Shown here: in pieces, positions 9,537 through 22,591 of the stretch
How the letters are laid out: each line of letters opens with the position of its first letter
Position numbering within the stretch: position 1 is the first letter of the stretch
Assembly (NCBI GenBank): GCA_964550635.1
Contig: CAZJZV010000008.1
Location: 691 to 64,690, forward strand
Length of the DNA stretch: 64,000 nt
DNA from: an uncultured Bacteroidaceae bacterium
Lineage (GTDB): Bacteria; Bacillota; Clostridia; Christensenellales; CAG-917
Direction of reading: 5' to 3'
The notes under the pieces: generated by a model
Seen by the model: the letters and a program-made list of their open reading frames with translations, nothing else
What the model was told of the DNA's origin: nothing
Databases searched by the model: none
Program-made: the position numbers and the translations under genes

Positions 9537-10280
9537 TTAGTTTTTGGTGAATATTTTCGCAAAAACTTTTCCGATGGGGTTGAGTTCATAGAAGAACTTG
9601 CAGACTGATGATTGCTCGATATAGTTCATGATCGACGGCGCCTTGTCCGACAATGCGGAGAATATCGCAAGCACGAGGAATATGATGACCGCGCCCACGA
9701 CGAGTCCGATAAGACCGCCGAAAACTTTGTCTATGATACGTACCGTTTTGTTGTCGCTGTCGTGAAGCCCTTTCGTTGCGCCCTTGATGACGGTGCAGAC
9801 GATTGAAAGCCCTATCGCGCACACCACGAAGAGTGCGATTGCCATGATAAGACTCGTCACGTTGTAAACGCAGACGCTTGCAACGGAATGAACACCGCTT
9901 TCGGTGATGAGAGTTTTCGCGAGCCAACCCGCGAGTTTACCCTTGAAACTGATTGAACCGAGTTCGGTGAGTTCGCCGTTTTGGAGAATGGAATAGGTGC
10001 CGTCGTTGATGAAAACGGTTTCGTTGAACTCCGCGCCCCAACCCGTCGACGCACTTGCGATTTTCTCTTGTAGGGATGCGCTCAAACTAGAATTCATCAC
10101 GGTTTCGTGGAATGCGCCCATGAGAAGCAAGGACAAAAGTATCACGACGATTGTGACGAAAAAGCCTTTGAAAGATTTGCCGAATCCTTTGATGACTCCG
10201 CCCAACGTGAAAAGAAGCAACACTGCAATCAGTGCCACGTCGGCGTACCAAGTCGTATCGGCAATAATAGTGGAAAACAT
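9537..10280 (-). CDS. CvpA family membrane protein
   Basis: 247 aa and multi-TM. The N-terminus (DVALIAVLLLFTLGGVIKGFGKSFKGFF) is typical of colicin V production protein CvpA-like proteins. GGAGG RBS. Confidence 0.6.
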   Translation of the reverse strand: MFSTIIADTTWYADVALIAVLLLFTLGGVIKGFGKSFKGFFVTIVVILLSLLLMGAFHETVMNSSLSASLQEKIASASTGWGAEFNETVFINDGTYSILQNGELTELGSISFKGKLAGWLAKTLITESGVHSVASVCVYNVTSLIMAIALFVVCAIGLSIVCTVIKGATKGLHDSDNKTVRIIDKVFGGLIGLVVGAVIIFLVLAIFSALSDKAPSIMNYIEQSSVCKFFYELNPIGKVFAKIFTKN

Positions 10281-10414
10281 TTATAACTTCCTCCTATTTA
10301 TAACATTATATACGCACGCGCGAACAAAATCAAGAAAAACTATTCAAAACAATTTATATGTGACAAAATGCAACGAAATTCCGCCGTTGCGATTTTTGCG
10401 GAGCGGTGTAGAAA

Positions 10415-10453
10415 AAGAAAGAAAAGCGCGCCTAAAAGGCGCGCGATTTTTTT
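10415..10453. terminator. rho-independent terminator (bidirectional)
   Basis: Stem GCGCGCC (10426-10432) / GGCGCGC (10438-10444) with loop TAAAA, flanked by A-rich and T-rich runs. It lies downstream of the minus-strand gene that ends at 10496. Confidence 0.65.
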
Positions 10454-10495
10454 AGGTTGATTGCTTTTTCTACTATTTTGCCGAAAAATCAGCAA

Positions 10496-11542
10496 TTACC
10501 ACTTGTTATGCACTTTTTCCGCAAAGCCCAATTCGTCCTTGACTTCGATGACGGTGCCGTCGTCAAGCACGCACTTTCCGTTGAAAATGCCGAAAACTTG
10601 GTGGGGTATCATGCACATAACCTTCAAATCGAAAGGCTCGTAGCGGTCGATAATCGGGTGGAAAGTGCAGTCGAATCTGCCGTCCTCACTGACGAAGTGC
10701 CAATCTTCCATATAGCGCGGTTTGCCTTCGCCGTCGCCGGGGATACGGAATTCCACTTTTGACGGAAGTTTGTGAGATTTTCCGTCGTAGAAGAGCATAT
10801 CTTCGGTCGCTTGAGAAGTGTTGCCGAAACCGTAGCCGAGATTCCAACCGAAAGTTTTTCCGTCGGGCAGGCGGGTTTGCAAACTTCCCCAATACCAAGT
10901 GTTGTCGTAAGTCCACACACCGCGTCCCCAGTCGAGAGCGCCGAATGAGTCGTCCGCGGAGAAGGGGTATTCTCTGTCGTTAAGGAAGAAAGAGCCTTCC
11001 GCTTTCATGCAGTTGATTTTCGCATTGAAATAGAAGTGCTTATCCTTGTCGAAAGGAGTCGCAATTACCATACATTCTTCGGGAAATTCCGAGAGAGTGA
11101 CGTCGAAACGGACGGTCGTCCCGCGTTTGTCCGCGTTGGGATATTCACCGGTTAGGCGACGAGTGGTGCCGTCGTTTTCAAACTTCATCCAAACTTTGCC
11201 GTTGTGCCATTCGCAGTTACCGCTCTCGAAGGTCGCGGGCATATTGACCTTGCCCATAGGGAAAAGGAAGATACTGCTATTCGTGAATTGCGCGGGGGTG
11301 ACGAAGTCCATAATGGAAAGGGAGAGCGCACCCACGTAACCCATATCCGCCATAGTCAGACAAAGGGCGTATTCCTTGTTCGCGATATAATAGTAGTCCC
11401 ACTCTTTGATGCGGGTACGTTTTGCAAGGATTTTCTTGTTGTCGTATTCCCAATTCAAGCGTTTAGCAAAGCCCGGCTCGGCGATATTTCCGCTTTCGTC
11501 GAGGAGCGGTTTCTTGACCAAAACTTCGTGTTGATTTTGCAT
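10496..11542 (-). CDS. DUF2804 domain-containing protein
   Basis: About 348 aa and beta-rich (MQNQHEVLVKKPLLDESGNIAEPGFAKRLNWEYD...). It resembles the DUF2804 family as I remember it. The true start is probably ATG at 11542, 5 nt after GGAGGAAACT. The track ORF start at 11554 is a TTG inside the RBS. Confidence 0.55.
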   Translation of the reverse strand: MQNQHEVLVKKPLLDESGNIAEPGFAKRLNWEYDNKKILAKRTRIKEWDYYYIANKEYALCLTMADMGYVGALSLSIMDFVTPAQFTNSSIFLFPMGKVNMPATFESGNCEWHNGKVWMKFENDGTTRRLTGEYPNADKRGTTVRFDVTLSEFPEECMVIATPFDKDKHFYFNAKINCMKAEGSFFLNDREYPFSADDSFGALDWGRGVWTYDNTWYWGSLQTRLPDGKTFGWNLGYGFGNTSQATEDMLFYDGKSHKLPSKVEFRIPGDGEGKPRYMEDWHFVSEDGRFDCTFHPIIDRYEPFDLKVMCMIPHQVFGIFNGKCVLDDGTVIEVKDELGFAEKVHNKW

Positions 11543-11670
11543 AGTTTCCTCCAAACGATGAGTTTAAGTGGTGTTTTTGCTTGCATAAACCGTTTTTTCA
11601 GTCGATATACGGACTGATTGTCTTAATTCGATTTCAGGGTGAAATCCTTTCGGTTTCGGCGTCGCAAGAT

Positions 11671-11699
11671 ATAAAAACCCCGCTCGAAAACGAGCGGGG
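11671..11699 (-). terminator. rho-independent terminator of nifJ
   Basis: Minus-strand stem CCCCGCTCG / CGAGCGGGG with loop TTTT followed by TTTTTAT, 10 nt after the nifJ stop. Confidence 0.75.
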
Positions 11700-11708
11700 T
11701 TAGGGTGC

Positions 11709-15236
<3,528 letters not shown>

Positions 15237-15411
15237 TTATTTTTACAATTATTTTTTCGTACTCACCCGCGTGTGCGAGTTTATAAAGATTATAATCATA
15301 TAAACATTTTAAGTCAAGAAAAAAAGCAATAATAGGAATTTGGCACTTTCAAAATTGCCGAAATTCCGTCTGAAGAGAGAAATGAAATTTGAGCGAAAAC
15401 CGCTCGATAAT

Positions 15412-15442
15412 CGCAAACAAAAAACCGCCGTTTCAGGCGGTT
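15412..15442 (-). terminator. rho-independent terminator downstream of the MarR-family gene
   Basis: Stem AACCGCC / GGCGGTT with loop GTTTCA. On the minus strand it is followed by TTTTTGTTTG. Confidence 0.65.
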
Positions 15443-15545
15443 GATGCGTTGTTTTCGTTGTTCGTTTCAACAAGTTTCAAATTGCATATTTTGTCAAAAC
15501 AAACCGTTTATCTTGTCGTTTCTCGACGATAAAACCAAGATTTCG

Positions 15546-15986
15546 TCAAATCGTGATATTCAGATTTCTCATCATCATATCGAGAAGTGCGCTCAAAAGT
15601 TCGAGTTCGTTTTCTTCAAAATTTGCAAAGGCGGTTGCGAAAAATCTTCTCACCGCTTCGTCGATAAGTCCGGCGATTTTTTCACCCTCTTCGGTGAGTG
15701 TAAGACGTTGTTCGCGCTTGTCGTCTTCGGACACCGTCACGGTGATATATTTGCGTTCTTTCAAAAACTTCACACTGCGCGATACGAGTGCTTTGCTCAC
15801 GTCCGCATTCACCGCGATTTCGCTCGCCGTGACAGAGCCTTTTTCAAGTGAGCTTAAAACGACTATCTCGTTGGGGGATAGTTCGTAGTCCGCAAGGGCG
15901 TTCATTTGAAAGTCCGTGTAGGATTTTTCGAGTTTGCGATAGGCGCTGAAATAGTATGCAGCGTGTTTTATATCCATGATTTCCAT
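15546..15986 (-). CDS. MarR family transcriptional regulator
   Basis: 146 aa. Winged-helix segment LSPNEIVVLSSLEKGSVTASEIAVNADVSKALVSRSVKFLKERKYI is typical of MarR. Confidence 0.8.
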   Translation of the reverse strand: MEIMDIKHAAYYFSAYRKLEKSYTDFQMNALADYELSPNEIVVLSSLEKGSVTASEIAVNADVSKALVSRSVKFLKERKYITVTVSEDDKREQRLTLTEEGEKIAGLIDEAVRRFFATAFANFEENELELLSALLDMMMRNLNITI

Positions 15987-16164
15987 GCGATTAGTATACT
16001 AAATTAACTAATGAATGTCAATATAAATAGTTAACTAAATTAATTTTTAACAATTCAACTTTTATTTTGCTCGAAAAAGCGATTATTTTCGTTCTTTTTG
16101 CATAAAATCCTTGACGAGAGAAGTCGCGCGGTGCTATAACGGTTTCATCAAAAAGAGGTGTAAT

Positions 16165-16458
16165 ATGAAAGAATTTTTGGCAAACTATATCAAAACTTAC
16201 GAGAACCTTGAAAAATGGATAAAGATAGTTTTTTGTCTTCTTTGGGACATCCCCGCAAATCTCTATCGTTTTGCAAAGAGTGCGCAAAAAGACGACCTTC
16301 TCGGAATGGTCATCGCAGTGTTGCTCGGCATCTTCGGCGGATGGGTACTTTTCGTCATCGACTTGCTCTGCCTTGTCTTCAAAGACAAAATCTTCTGGCT
16401 CGACGACTTCTCGGACAACTCCACCAACAACAACTCCGACCAAACCCCCAACGCCTAA
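16165..16458 (+). CDS. small membrane protein, function unknown
   Basis: ATG at 16165 lies 6 nt after AGAGGTG. 97 aa with a hydrophobic core (GMVIAVLLGIFGGWVLFVIDLLCLVF) and an Asn/Ser-rich tail. No family recognised. Confidence 0.4.
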   Translation: MKEFLANYIKTYENLEKWIKIVFCLLWDIPANLYRFAKSAQKDDLLGMVIAVLLGIFGGWVLFVIDLLCLVFKDKIFWLDDFSDNSTNNNSDQTPNA

Positions 16459-16483
16459 TCGGCTTATCATCAAATCCAAAAAA

Positions 16484-16516
16484 TAAAAAACGAGGCGATT
16501 GCCCCGTTTTTATTTT
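16484..16516. terminator. probable bidirectional terminator between convergent genes
   Basis: Imperfect stem AACGAGGC / GCCCCGTT with loop GATT, flanked by AAAAAA and TTTTTATTTTT. Confidence 0.5.
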
Positions 16517-16528
16517 TGTCGGTAACGT

Positions 16529-17303
16529 TTATTCTTCGTCGTCGTATTCGTGAAATTCTTCGTAGTAACCAAAGTTATCGTTTACTTTGACAACGGTTTC
16601 GTTCTCCGAAAGGTCGCCGATGTTGTCGTATTGTTCTTTGAACCACGCAATATCTTTTTCGGTCGCATCGTCGGTAAGGTAGTTAAAACCGCGAGAGTAG
16701 TATACAGAATCATTTGGATGAATGCTTGAAGACGAATATATCCTGCCCTTTGAAAAGACGCAAGAAACGTATCCCATGCTGCCGATTGAGTCTTCGGATA
16801 GCAATTGCGTTACGTGATACTTGTAGCGGTCGATTACGTATGAGGGAAGAAGATCGTTGATTTTGTTTTCGTAGTTTTTGATGGTTTCATAGTATGAACC
16901 GTTACCGCTATCCCAAATCACGATATTATTGTTTTGGAAAATAGTTCCTTTTTCGCCTCCGCTTATGTACTCTTTGAGAGAAGGAATTGCGGATTCTGCT
17001 TCTTCCGCGTTGTCGTAACAGACGAGATAAAGTCCTTGGTAAGCACCATTGAGATATCCGCCACTTGCAAGCAACCAATTATACATTGGAACAAGGTCCG
17101 CGTCATCTTCCGGCAACTCAAAGTTCATTTGATAGTCGTCGCCGTCGGCAATTTCGTCGGTGTGGTCGATGACGTAGGATGCGAGTCTGCCCGCGAAATC
17201 TTCGAGATTTGCTTTGTCGGCAGTGGTGTTGTCGTTGTTTTTGTCGTCGCAGGCGCACAGGCAGAGAGCGGAGAGTGCCAATACGAGTTGCTTTTTGTTT
17301 CAT
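16529..17303 (-). CDS. putative lipoprotein; its 5' end (ATG + RBS) is out of frame with its body by 1 nt at an A5 run
   Basis: The body ORF (16529..17281) begins LALSALCLCACDD, a lipobox LCAC. A strong GGAGGA RBS plus ATG sits at 17303 in the adjacent frame (ATG AAA CAA AAA GCA...). Removing one A from CAAAAAG would give MKQKQLVLALSALCLCAC, a textbook lipoprotein signal peptide. Confidence 0.6.
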
Positions 17304-17480
17304 TGTTGTTTCCTCCTATATGGTGATTGCGACAGAATACAAATATAAAAATATAACAAGTGCATTCTGCCAATTTTTGCCACAAAATTGAATACTCTCG
17401 AAGAGAATACCTATGCAGAAATGCACCTGTTACCGAAAGGAAATAGGCATTCTCCGTCAAATATTCAATTTTGTGGCAAG

Positions 17481-17890
17481 GATATGATATACCAAAAGCG
17501 GGCGGGTGTCAAGTTGGCGGGAAACAAGGGTGGTAAGGTATGCGGATAGGCATATGATATGCGGGTGGTTTTTGGGAAAAGGACGGACGGTAGAAAACGA
17601 TAGGGCAAGGTGCGCGGATGCGGTTTTTGGATTGAGCGACGGTTGCCGAGCGGGATAAACTCCCTGATAAAAGGACGGGTGCGCAAGTGCGCATACGTTG
17701 GGGAATTTCAAAATGCCGTATGGTCGGATTGGAATATATGGAAAGCGGGGGATTGATATATGAAAAAACGAGCATATGACGAAAACACACGTGGTGAGAT
17801 TTGCATACGTTGAAACGGCAGAGAGCGGACAGATTGCCATATATGAAAACGGGTGCGCGCGGGGTATTCGCATATGGTGAAATGAGAAAA
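17481..17890. repeat. array of about 9 degenerate copies of an (G)CATATG-n-GAAAACGGGTG-like motif in a long non-coding spacer
   Basis: Copies read at about 17481, 17550, 17690, 17743, 17756, 17772, 17803, 17838 and 17869. Examples: CCATATATGAAAACGGGTGCGCG, GCATATGATATGCGGGTGG, GCATACGTTG (x2), GCATATGGTGAAATG. ORFs here on either strand have implausible composition. Confidence 0.5.
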
Positions 17891-17920
17891 AGAACACCCG
17901 ACTTGCGGGTGCTCTTTTTT
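17884..17920. terminator. bidirectional rho-independent terminator
   Basis: Stem CACCCG (17895-17900) / CGGGTG (17906-17911) with loop ACTTG, flanked by GAGAAAAA and CTCTTTTTT. It probably ends the M23 peptidase transcript. Confidence 0.55.
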
Positions 17921-18107
17921 AAGGGGAGATTATGTTTTTCGTTGGTACGAAAAGTGATTTTTGTGTTCGGTTGGTTTGTCTTTTCACCGCCGTTTTTATC
18001 TCTGCAATGGTGCGATTTGTCAAAACTCCAACGTTTGATTATCATTGCGATATTGTTTCAATGCGGCGTTTATCTTGCGATAATGCTATGATAAACTGTG
18101 TGTTTTG

Positions 18108-18779
18108 CTATTTATCGTTCATCACGATGACAGACAAGGGGTTGACGTCTTTGCCGTTTTTGCTCATCTCGAAGTGCAGGTGATTGCCGTCAAGACTCTC
18201 TTTTGCCATGCTCGTTGAGATAGAACCGATTTGTTGTCCTTTGGCCACTTTGTCCCCTTTCTTTACGTTCACGTTTTCGGACAGGGAATAGTAGCGCGAC
18301 TCGTAGTTTTCCGCATGGGTGACGATAATATAGTGTCCGTCGAGAGCATCGTAGCCGACTTCTTTAACCGTGCCGTCCGCGACCGAAAGCACTTTGCCGT
18401 CTGCGGGCGCGAAGTCCATTCCGAGATGAGTGGAATACTGTCCGAGAGTGGCATTCCAAGCAAGTGCGGTTTCACTGTAATCAAGGGTTGAAGTGCAGTT
18501 TGCGGGTGCGCAGAAAGTCAGGGGCTCGACGGTGGGGACTACGTCGTCGGGTTTGATGACGGGCGTATCGTCCTGTTTGTCGTCGGGCCTGACGACGGGT
18601 TCGTCTTGCACGTTGTCGGGTGCGGTGATTGTGGGCGTTACTTCGCCGCCGAAATTGCCCGTCGCCGCCAGTGCAATAACCGTTGCAACCGACGCGATCG
18701 TGAGCAAAATCATTAGATACATTGCATTTCTTTTCATAAAGCCACCGAATCGTTTGGCAGCAACTGTCATTTTACTCAT
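18108..18779 (-). CDS. M23 family metallopeptidase with N-terminal membrane anchor
   Basis: C-terminal LytM-type motifs HLGMDF, DGHYIIVTH and GNHLHFEM. TM helix AMYLMILLTIASVATVIALAA. Start taken at ATG 18779, after the GGAGG RBS. Confidence 0.8.
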   Translation of the reverse strand: MSKMTVAAKRFGGFMKRNAMYLMILLTIASVATVIALAATGNFGGEVTPTITAPDNVQDEPVVRPDDKQDDTPVIKPDDVVPTVEPLTFCAPANCTSTLDYSETALAWNATLGQYSTHLGMDFAPADGKVLSVADGTVKEVGYDALDGHYIIVTHAENYESRYYSLSENVNVKKGDKVAKGQQIGSISTSMAKESLDGNHLHFEMSKNGKDVNPLSVIVMNDK

Positions 18780-18901
18780 TGTGTTACCTCCGTTGGCTGA
18801 ATTATTGACAGCAATTCGGCGGATTATACACAAATAAAAAAAATTTCACAATTATTTCGTTTCTCTGTTGACGGCGGTCGATTTAGATTTATAATTACAG
18901 T

Positions 18902-20380
18902 ATGGACTACAACAAGAGTATGTATGCGTATATGCGCGCGTACCGCGAGAAAAACGACGAAATCGCAGTCGTCCGCGGTCGTAGAAAAACAAGCTTTTCC
19001 GCTCTCGACAAGGAAATCAGACGAGTTGCGGGCGGTTTGTATCGCTTGGGCGTGAGAAAAGGGGACGTGGTTATGTGCGCTCTCCCGAATATCGAACAAG
19101 CGGTTTCTTTGTTGTACGCAACGTCCTTGCTCGGCGGGATTTTTTCGCCTGTGCACCCCCTTCTTGCAAAAGCGGAATTTGAAAAGGAAGTCGAATTGCA
19201 ACGCCCGAAAGTGCTTGTCGTGTCAGACGTAAGCATTGATTTTGCCACTCTTTCACGCGGCGCGAAAATCGTGTATTGTCCCTATTGGGCGCACGTATAC
19301 GTCGGGTTGCCGTACTCCTTGAAATTTGAAGAATACAAGGGCGGTGGGGATATTCCCGCACTGTATATGCACTCGGGCGGTACGTCGGGCGCACCCAAAA
19401 CGGTGGTGTTTTCCGCGTACTCCGCAAATGCGCTCGTGCATAATCTGCTCTCGTCCATACCGTATGATTTTTCGGATAAGGACGGTATGCTCGTCACCCT
19501 TCCGCTATTCCACGGATTCGGACTTATCGTCGGGGTGCATGCGTCCCTTTGCACGAATATGAAAGCGGTGCTCGTGCCGAAATTCAGTGGGGAGCGCGCG
19601 CTCAAAGCAATCGTCCGCAACCGCGTTACGACTATGATTGCCGTGCCGAGAATGATAAGAAAATTGCTCGATACGGACGGATTTTCGGGTGAAAACGTCC
19701 GCACGCTTGAAAACGTATACATCGGCGGGGACGCTCTCGATAGGTCTCTTGCGAAGGAATTCAACGATAGAATGAAAGACGCGGGGGCAGGGGCGGTCGC
19801 GCAACAGGGCTACGGACTCACCGAAATGGGTAGCGTATGCGTGTTGAGTCCCAAAAACTGCGATGAAAATTCCGTCGGTTGCGCAATATCGGGGGTTGAT
19901 ACCGCACTTGTTTACGACGAAGAAGCGGACGGATACGAATTGTATCTGTCGTCCGATCAGATGATGAGCGGGTATCTTTCAGCGGATGGCAAACTCGAAA
20001 GCGGATGCGTGGATATGGACGGCGGTAAGTGGCTTCCCACAGGGGATTTATTCGAGAAAAAAGGGGAGTATCTCTACTATATCGGCAGAAAAAAACGACT
20101 TATTAAGATTTCCGGGATGAACGTTTTCCCGAGCGAAATCGAAAGAATCGCAGGTGAATTTGACTTCGTGCGCGCGGCGGCGGCTTTCCCTATCAAAATC
20201 AATAATAAGACGTATATAAAACTCCTAATCGAAGGAGATGCAAGCGAAGTTCAACTCGAAAAGGTCAAAAAAGAGATAGAAAAACGACTGTCGCATTGGC
20301 ATCGTCCCGAAGTTGTGGAGTGCGTTAAATCGCTTCCGCGGACGAATATCGGCAAGATCGATTTCAAAAATCTGAAATAA
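18902..20380 (+). CDS. AMP-dependent synthetase/ligase (acyl-CoA synthetase family)
   Basis: AMP-binding signature YMHSGGTSGAPKTV, plus GYGLTEMG and TGDLF motifs. 492 aa. Confidence 0.8.
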   Translation: MDYNKSMYAYMRAYREKNDEIAVVRGRRKTSFSALDKEIRRVAGGLYRLGVRKGDVVMCALPNIEQAVSLLYATSLLGGIFSPVHPLLAKAEFEKEVELQRPKVLVVSDVSIDFATLSRGAKIVYCPYWAHVYVGLPYSLKFEEYKGGGDIPALYMHSGGTSGAPKTVVFSAYSANALVHNLLSSIPYDFSDKDGMLVTLPLFHGFGLIVGVHASLCTNMKAVLVPKFSGERALKAIVRNRVTTMIAVPRMIRKLLDTDGFSGENVRTLENVYIGGDALDRSLAKEFNDRMKDAGAGAVAQQGYGLTEMGSVCVLSPKNCDENSVGCAISGVDTALVYDEEADGYELYLSSDQMMSGYLSADGKLESGCVDMDGGKWLPTGDLFEKKGEYLYYIGRKKRLIKISGMNVFPSEIERIAGEFDFVRAAAAFPIKINNKTYIKLLIEGDASEVQLEKVKKEIEKRLSHWHRPEVVECVKSLPRTNIGKIDFKNLK

Positions 20381-20405
20381 AAACGCGCAATACGGCGCGT
20401 TTTTC
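20381..20405. terminator. bidirectional terminator between the acyl-CoA synthetase gene and spoVG
   Basis: Stem ACGCGC / GCGCGT with loop AATACG, AAA upstream and TTTTC downstream. It sits exactly between the two convergent stop codons. Confidence 0.65.
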
Positions 20406-20672
20406 TTATTCTTCTATTTCTTTTTGGTACGCTTCGAGAATGGTGTCTTGGATATAAGTTCTCGTTTCCGCGTTTATCGGGTGCGCTACGTCCTTGAAAA
20501 CTCCGTCGGGAGTGCGTCTTGACGGCATCGCGATGAACAAACTTTCGTCACCTTGCAGAATTTTCACGTCGTGAATTGCGAAACAACCGTCTATGACGAT
20601 AGACGCAACCGCTTTGAATTTCTCGTTTTCTGTGGTGACTTTTCTGATTTTGACGTCTGTGATTGAAATCAT
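20406..20672 (-). CDS. spoVG: septation protein SpoVG
   Basis: 88 aa. MISITDVKIRKV...FKAVASIVIDGCFAIHDVKI...LFIAMPSRRTPDGVFKDVAHPIN is the conserved SpoVG sequence pattern. Confidence 0.9.
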   Translation of the reverse strand: MISITDVKIRKVTTENEKFKAVASIVIDGCFAIHDVKILQGDESLFIAMPSRRTPDGVFKDVAHPINAETRTYIQDTILEAYQKEIEE

Positions 20673-20799
20673 AATTTCTACCCCTATAATGATTGATTAA
20701 TCTATCAATTATATTCTACCGCAAATTCTCATTTATTTCAATAGTTATTTTTTATTTGTGATTTGCACGATTTTTCCGCGGTGAAAATATAATGCTTGT

Positions 20800-22212
20800 A
20801 TGGAAAATCTCAATCGGGAAAGAATACATTTTATCGGAGTGGGCGGAGTAAGTATGAGTGCGCTCGCACTGTTGTCGGCAAAACGCGGTGCGGTAGTTAG
20901 CGGAAGTGACGAGAAGCGGTCGGAAACAATAGAAAAATTGAGAAACGCAGGCATAAACTCCTACGTAGGAATGAGAGCGGAAGTCGTGAAAGGCGCGGAT
21001 TTGGTCGTATACTCATCCGCAGTCAAGCAGACCAACGAAGAATTGTGTGTCGCAAAGAGTCTCGGCATTCGGACGATGGACAGGGCGGAATTTTTGAGTG
21101 CAGTCGCAGGAAAATACGGCTATCAAATCGCAGTCGGCGGGACGCACGGAAAAACCACGGTTACCGCAATGCTCGCCCACGTTTTCAAAAAATTCGGGCT
21201 TGACTTCGTCGGTCACGTCGGCGGTGAAACCGAATACGGCAATCTCGTTTTCGGCGGTGAGTTTGAAAATGCGGATTTTGCAAAATTTGTCGAAAAAGAA
21301 AAGGACGGGATTTTTCTCACTGAAGGTTGCGAATACAAGAAAAATATTCTAAAACTCAAACCAAACGTCGGAGTCGTGCTCAATGCGGAATGCGATCACC
21401 CAGATTGTTATCCCGACACTCAAAGCGTAGACGAAGTTTTTTCAACTTTTCTTTCGGGATGCGAAGTGCAAATTTTTCCGTTTTCCAAAATGGAATTGAG
21501 CACGTATGCTCGCGTGCGCACGTATGCGAATAATATTGATAAAGACAGGGCGGTGGGGGTATTCTCGAATGCTCGTATGGACGTGTTTTCATATGATAAT
21601 TCGAGAGAGAAAAACGGCGAAATTTGCGTGCGAAAAAACGGAGAAATAATCGTTTCCGTCGTCCTGCCCGACTCCCTGCCGTCCATGCCGTTGAACGTGG
21701 TGTTTGTGCTTGCGGTGACCGACCTAATCGGACTGCCGTCAATAGAAGTTTCAAAGACTGTCGAGAATTTTTCAGGGGTGAAAAGACGGCACGAATATGT
21801 GGGACGATTTCAGGGCGCAAGGGTGATTTTCGACTACGCTCATCACCCGACCGAAATCAAAAACGTGCTATTCGCACACCCCGCCGCTCTCGTCGTTTTT
21901 CAACCGCACACGTATTCGAGGACGGCAAAATATATGGACGATTTCGCGGCCGTTTTGTCGGGTGCGAAAACGCTTGTGCTTATGCAAACTTACGGCGCAA
22001 GGGAAGGGGAAATGAAGTCCGCGGATAGCGAAGCGATCGCAAGAGCGGTTTTGTCGAAAAATGCAGAAACCGAAGTTTATCTGACAAAATCACACCAATC
22101 AACTATTGATATTGTGAAAACACTTGCACCACGTTTTAGCGAGATTTTGTTTCTCGGCGCGGGGGATATCTACGACTTGAAATCGAAAATCGCATACGAC
22201 GACGAAAGATAG
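20800..22212 (+). CDS. murC: UDP-N-acetylmuramate--L-alanine ligase
   Basis: N-terminal IHFIGVGGVSMSALA and Mur ligase P-loop GGTHGKTTVTAM. 470 aa. Confidence 0.85.
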   Translation: MENLNRERIHFIGVGGVSMSALALLSAKRGAVVSGSDEKRSETIEKLRNAGINSYVGMRAEVVKGADLVVYSSAVKQTNEELCVAKSLGIRTMDRAEFLSAVAGKYGYQIAVGGTHGKTTVTAMLAHVFKKFGLDFVGHVGGETEYGNLVFGGEFENADFAKFVEKEKDGIFLTEGCEYKKNILKLKPNVGVVLNAECDHPDCYPDTQSVDEVFSTFLSGCEVQIFPFSKMELSTYARVRTYANNIDKDRAVGVFSNARMDVFSYDNSREKNGEICVRKNGEIIVSVVLPDSLPSMPLNVVFVLAVTDLIGLPSIEVSKTVENFSGVKRRHEYVGRFQGARVIFDYAHHPTEIKNVLFAHPAALVVFQPHTYSRTAKYMDDFAAVLSGAKTLVLMQTYGAREGEMKSADSEAIARAVLSKNAETEVYLTKSHQSTIDIVKTLAPRFSEILFLGAGDIYDLKSKIAYDDER

Positions 22213-22213
22213 T

Positions 22214-22591
22214 CTAGATAATATCTTCCAAATTGAAGTCCAAAATCAAGTGCATATTTCTTGACATCGTGACGAGAGATTGACACTTGCTCATTGCGTT
22301 TTGATAGTCGTCCGCTTCAATCGAGCCTTCGATTTCCGCCACCGCAACAGAGAATGCGCGCATGTCGGGAGAGAAGGTGAAAAGTTCCATATATTTGCGT
22401 TTTCCTTCCCACCAGGACGACAGTTCGCGAGTCAAAGTCAACGAGCGTTCGTCTTCTTCGTGTATGGTTTTTTCGAGTTCGTCAAGGCGGGCGTCGAGTT
22501 CTGAAAACACGTTGTCGATATAGATGCTTTCAAGTATTCCCGCGGTCAAAATCACTGCAAGCACCACGAGTGCGATAACTACTTTTTTCAT
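22214..22591 (-). CDS. DUF4363 family protein (small N-terminally anchored protein)
   Basis: 125 aa with an N-terminal TM helix and a helical body. It is translationally coupled to the upstream DUF421 gene, a common DUF421/DUF4363 pair in Firmicutes. Confidence 0.5.
   Translation of the reverse strand: MKKVVIALVVLAVILTAGILESIYIDNVFSELDARLDELEKTIHEEDERSLTLTRELSSWWEGKRKYMELFTFSPDMRAFSVAVAEIEGSIEADDYQNAMSKCQSLVTMSRNMHLILDFNLEDII

Noticed and set aside
17457-18091. Several overlapping 70-180-aa ORFs on both strands
   Set aside because: They mutually overlap, have Pro/Arg/His/Phe-rich junk composition and contain the degenerate DNA repeat array. They are more consistent with a non-coding spacer.
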